64,000 nt of DNA from Octopus sinensis (taxonomy: Eukaryota), in NCBI RefSeq assembly GCF_006345805.1, contig NC_043016.1, positions 8,308,001 to 8,372,000 of the forward strand, read 5' to 3'. Position numbers and translations under genes: made by a program. How positions within the stretch are numbered: the first letter of the stretch is position 1; every line of letters begins with the position of its first letter. This document shows positions 62,344-64,000 of this stretch, piece after piece. Below the pieces are notes generated by a model, which was not told the DNA's origin, did no database searches, and saw nothing but the letters and a program-made list of their open reading frames with translations.

Positions 62344-62558
62344 CAGGGTGTCCATGAATTACCTAAACTGGAGAGTCTCTCTCAATCTTCTGGTCTGAAA
62401 AATTTTCATTAAGAAATTCCAGAACATTCAATCTCATCAATAGGGTGGTGCAGCATCCTGTAGGAAAATATTTCTTGGATGCAAGTGGTGTAACTTCAGT
62501 ATGACAAATGTTTTTTTCTGAATTTTTCAAATTGTAAAAGAAATTTATGGACACCCTG
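62344..62558. mobile_element. Tc1/mariner-type MITE
   Basis: TA|CAGGGTGTCCATGAATT...AATTTATGGACACCCTG. Confidence 0.75.
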
Positions 62559-63689
62559 AATACATAATGATGATGATGATGTTCCAAGCTTACATGATGA
62601 GTCAGATGGAATTTGTTGAGGTGGATTTCTTATAGTCAGATGCCCCACTTGTTGCCATCCCTCAACTCAGCTGTTTCCAAGCAAGATAATGTTTCCCATG
62701 ACGTTTTCTACAGAAGACTGGAAATGGACAACCTCACATGTATGACAGTGATATTCATCACATGTCAAAGCAAGGGTACACGCGTGCACACACACACCCA
62801 CACCCACCCACCCACACACACACAATGGCATTCTTGCAGTTTCTGTCTGTAGAATTTACTCAATGTTTTGGTTAGCCCAAACTTGTAGTAGCAGACATTT
62901 GCACATGGTGCAATGCAGTGGAATTGAACCTAAGACCCAAGAACAATGACTGGAAAGAAAGCTTCTCAACCACACACACACACACACACACATACACAAG
63001 CAGGTAAGCAAGTGAAGTTGTGGAAACGTGTGTGCGCGTGTGTGTGCACATTATCCACACAGCTGGTTCCCTCACAGAATGTCTTTGTTAAGTCTACAAC
63101 TACATTTTTTTCTCTTCCCCCTTATCCAAACAACTGGGTCACTCATCAGAACCACTTCCTATTGACATGCAATCCTCCTAATTATCACCACTCCACTCCC
63201 ATTTCACCCACCTCTCATTCTCCACTCCCACCTCACACCCCTAGCGCTTAACCACACACTTCTCTTTATCACTCCTTTCTTCTACAATTCTCTCATCTAC
63301 ATTGTGTTATTATGGGGCTGTGATTATGAAATGAAATTCGAATCTGCTACTTCAAACTATTTCATGCAATTGTTTATTTACTGGCAGTCATCACTCCCTC
63401 TCCCCTGAGGACTCATACTTGACATCTGTCCATCGTTTTTATCATTTACCCACTCATATTTACCAATTGATCATTATGTAGTTACTGTTAGGAAGGGTAT
63501 TCTATCATAGAAACCATGGGAGTATAGACAGTAGTTGAAATGCATACATATACATATACACACACATACATACATATATATATATATTGAAACGCAGAGT
63601 AGACAAAACGGACAACTGAAGAAGGGGAATATTCCTTGTGTTGTATGTCTTGTACTCTGTTCTAACCGCGAGTCCACTGCCCTAACCAC

Positions 63690-63965
63690 TGGGCCAAGGC
63701 TTGCCCCCGTGCCAGTGGCACGTAAAAAGCACCATCCATCCGTGGCTGTTTGCCAGCCCCATCTGGCACCTGTGCGGGTGGCACATAAAAAGCACCCACT
63801 ACACTCATGGAGTGGTTGGCGTTAGGAAGGGCATCCAGCCGTAGAAACATTGCCAGATCAGACTGGGCCTGATGCAGCCTTCTGGCTTCCCAGAGCCCAG
63901 TTGAACCGTCCAACCCATGCTAGCATGGAAAGTGGACGCTAAATGATGATGATGATGATGATGAT
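63690..63965 (+). mobile_element. RTE LINE 3'UTR fragment
   Basis: Family consensus with (GAT)n tail. Confidence 0.85.
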
Positions 63966-64000
63966 ATATCCCACACAGTAGCACACCACACAACATTCCA

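Overview
Repeat-dense, AT-rich eukaryotic DNA. The SINE families and microsatellite style look like an octopod cephalopod (Octopus sp.); this is recognition from memory, not a database result. I found no host protein-coding gene, rRNA, true tRNA gene or CRISPR array, so the window is probably intronic or intergenic. Nearly all ORF-track entries are microsatellite or repeat artefacts. The ORFs with real protein similarity are decayed transposon fragments: RTE, BovB-like, CR1, R4/Dong-like, HERO-like and two Tc1/mariner. Also present are at least four tRNA-derived SINE families (labelled A, B, D, E here), Helitron-type elements, several MITE families, two minisatellites and a 100-N gap with a duplicated flank. 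Top observations: (1) Type I hammerhead ribozyme motifs in short non-coding elements at 49.6 kb and 60.5-62.0 kb, plus a decayed pair at the ends of a 2.5-kb inverted repeat, pointing to Penelope-like or retrozyme elements; (2) a complete 2.7-kb non-autonomous LTR retroelement (4-bp TSD, tRNA-Trp PBS, PPT) inside a SINE, whose LTR differences are mostly CpG transitions; (3) a SINE tail and a CR1 LINE tail sharing a covarying stem-loop; (4) a SINE family that repeatedly multimerises or self-inserts at one motif. Coordinates were counted by hand; edges of decayed repeats are approximate (about +/-10-20 bp).
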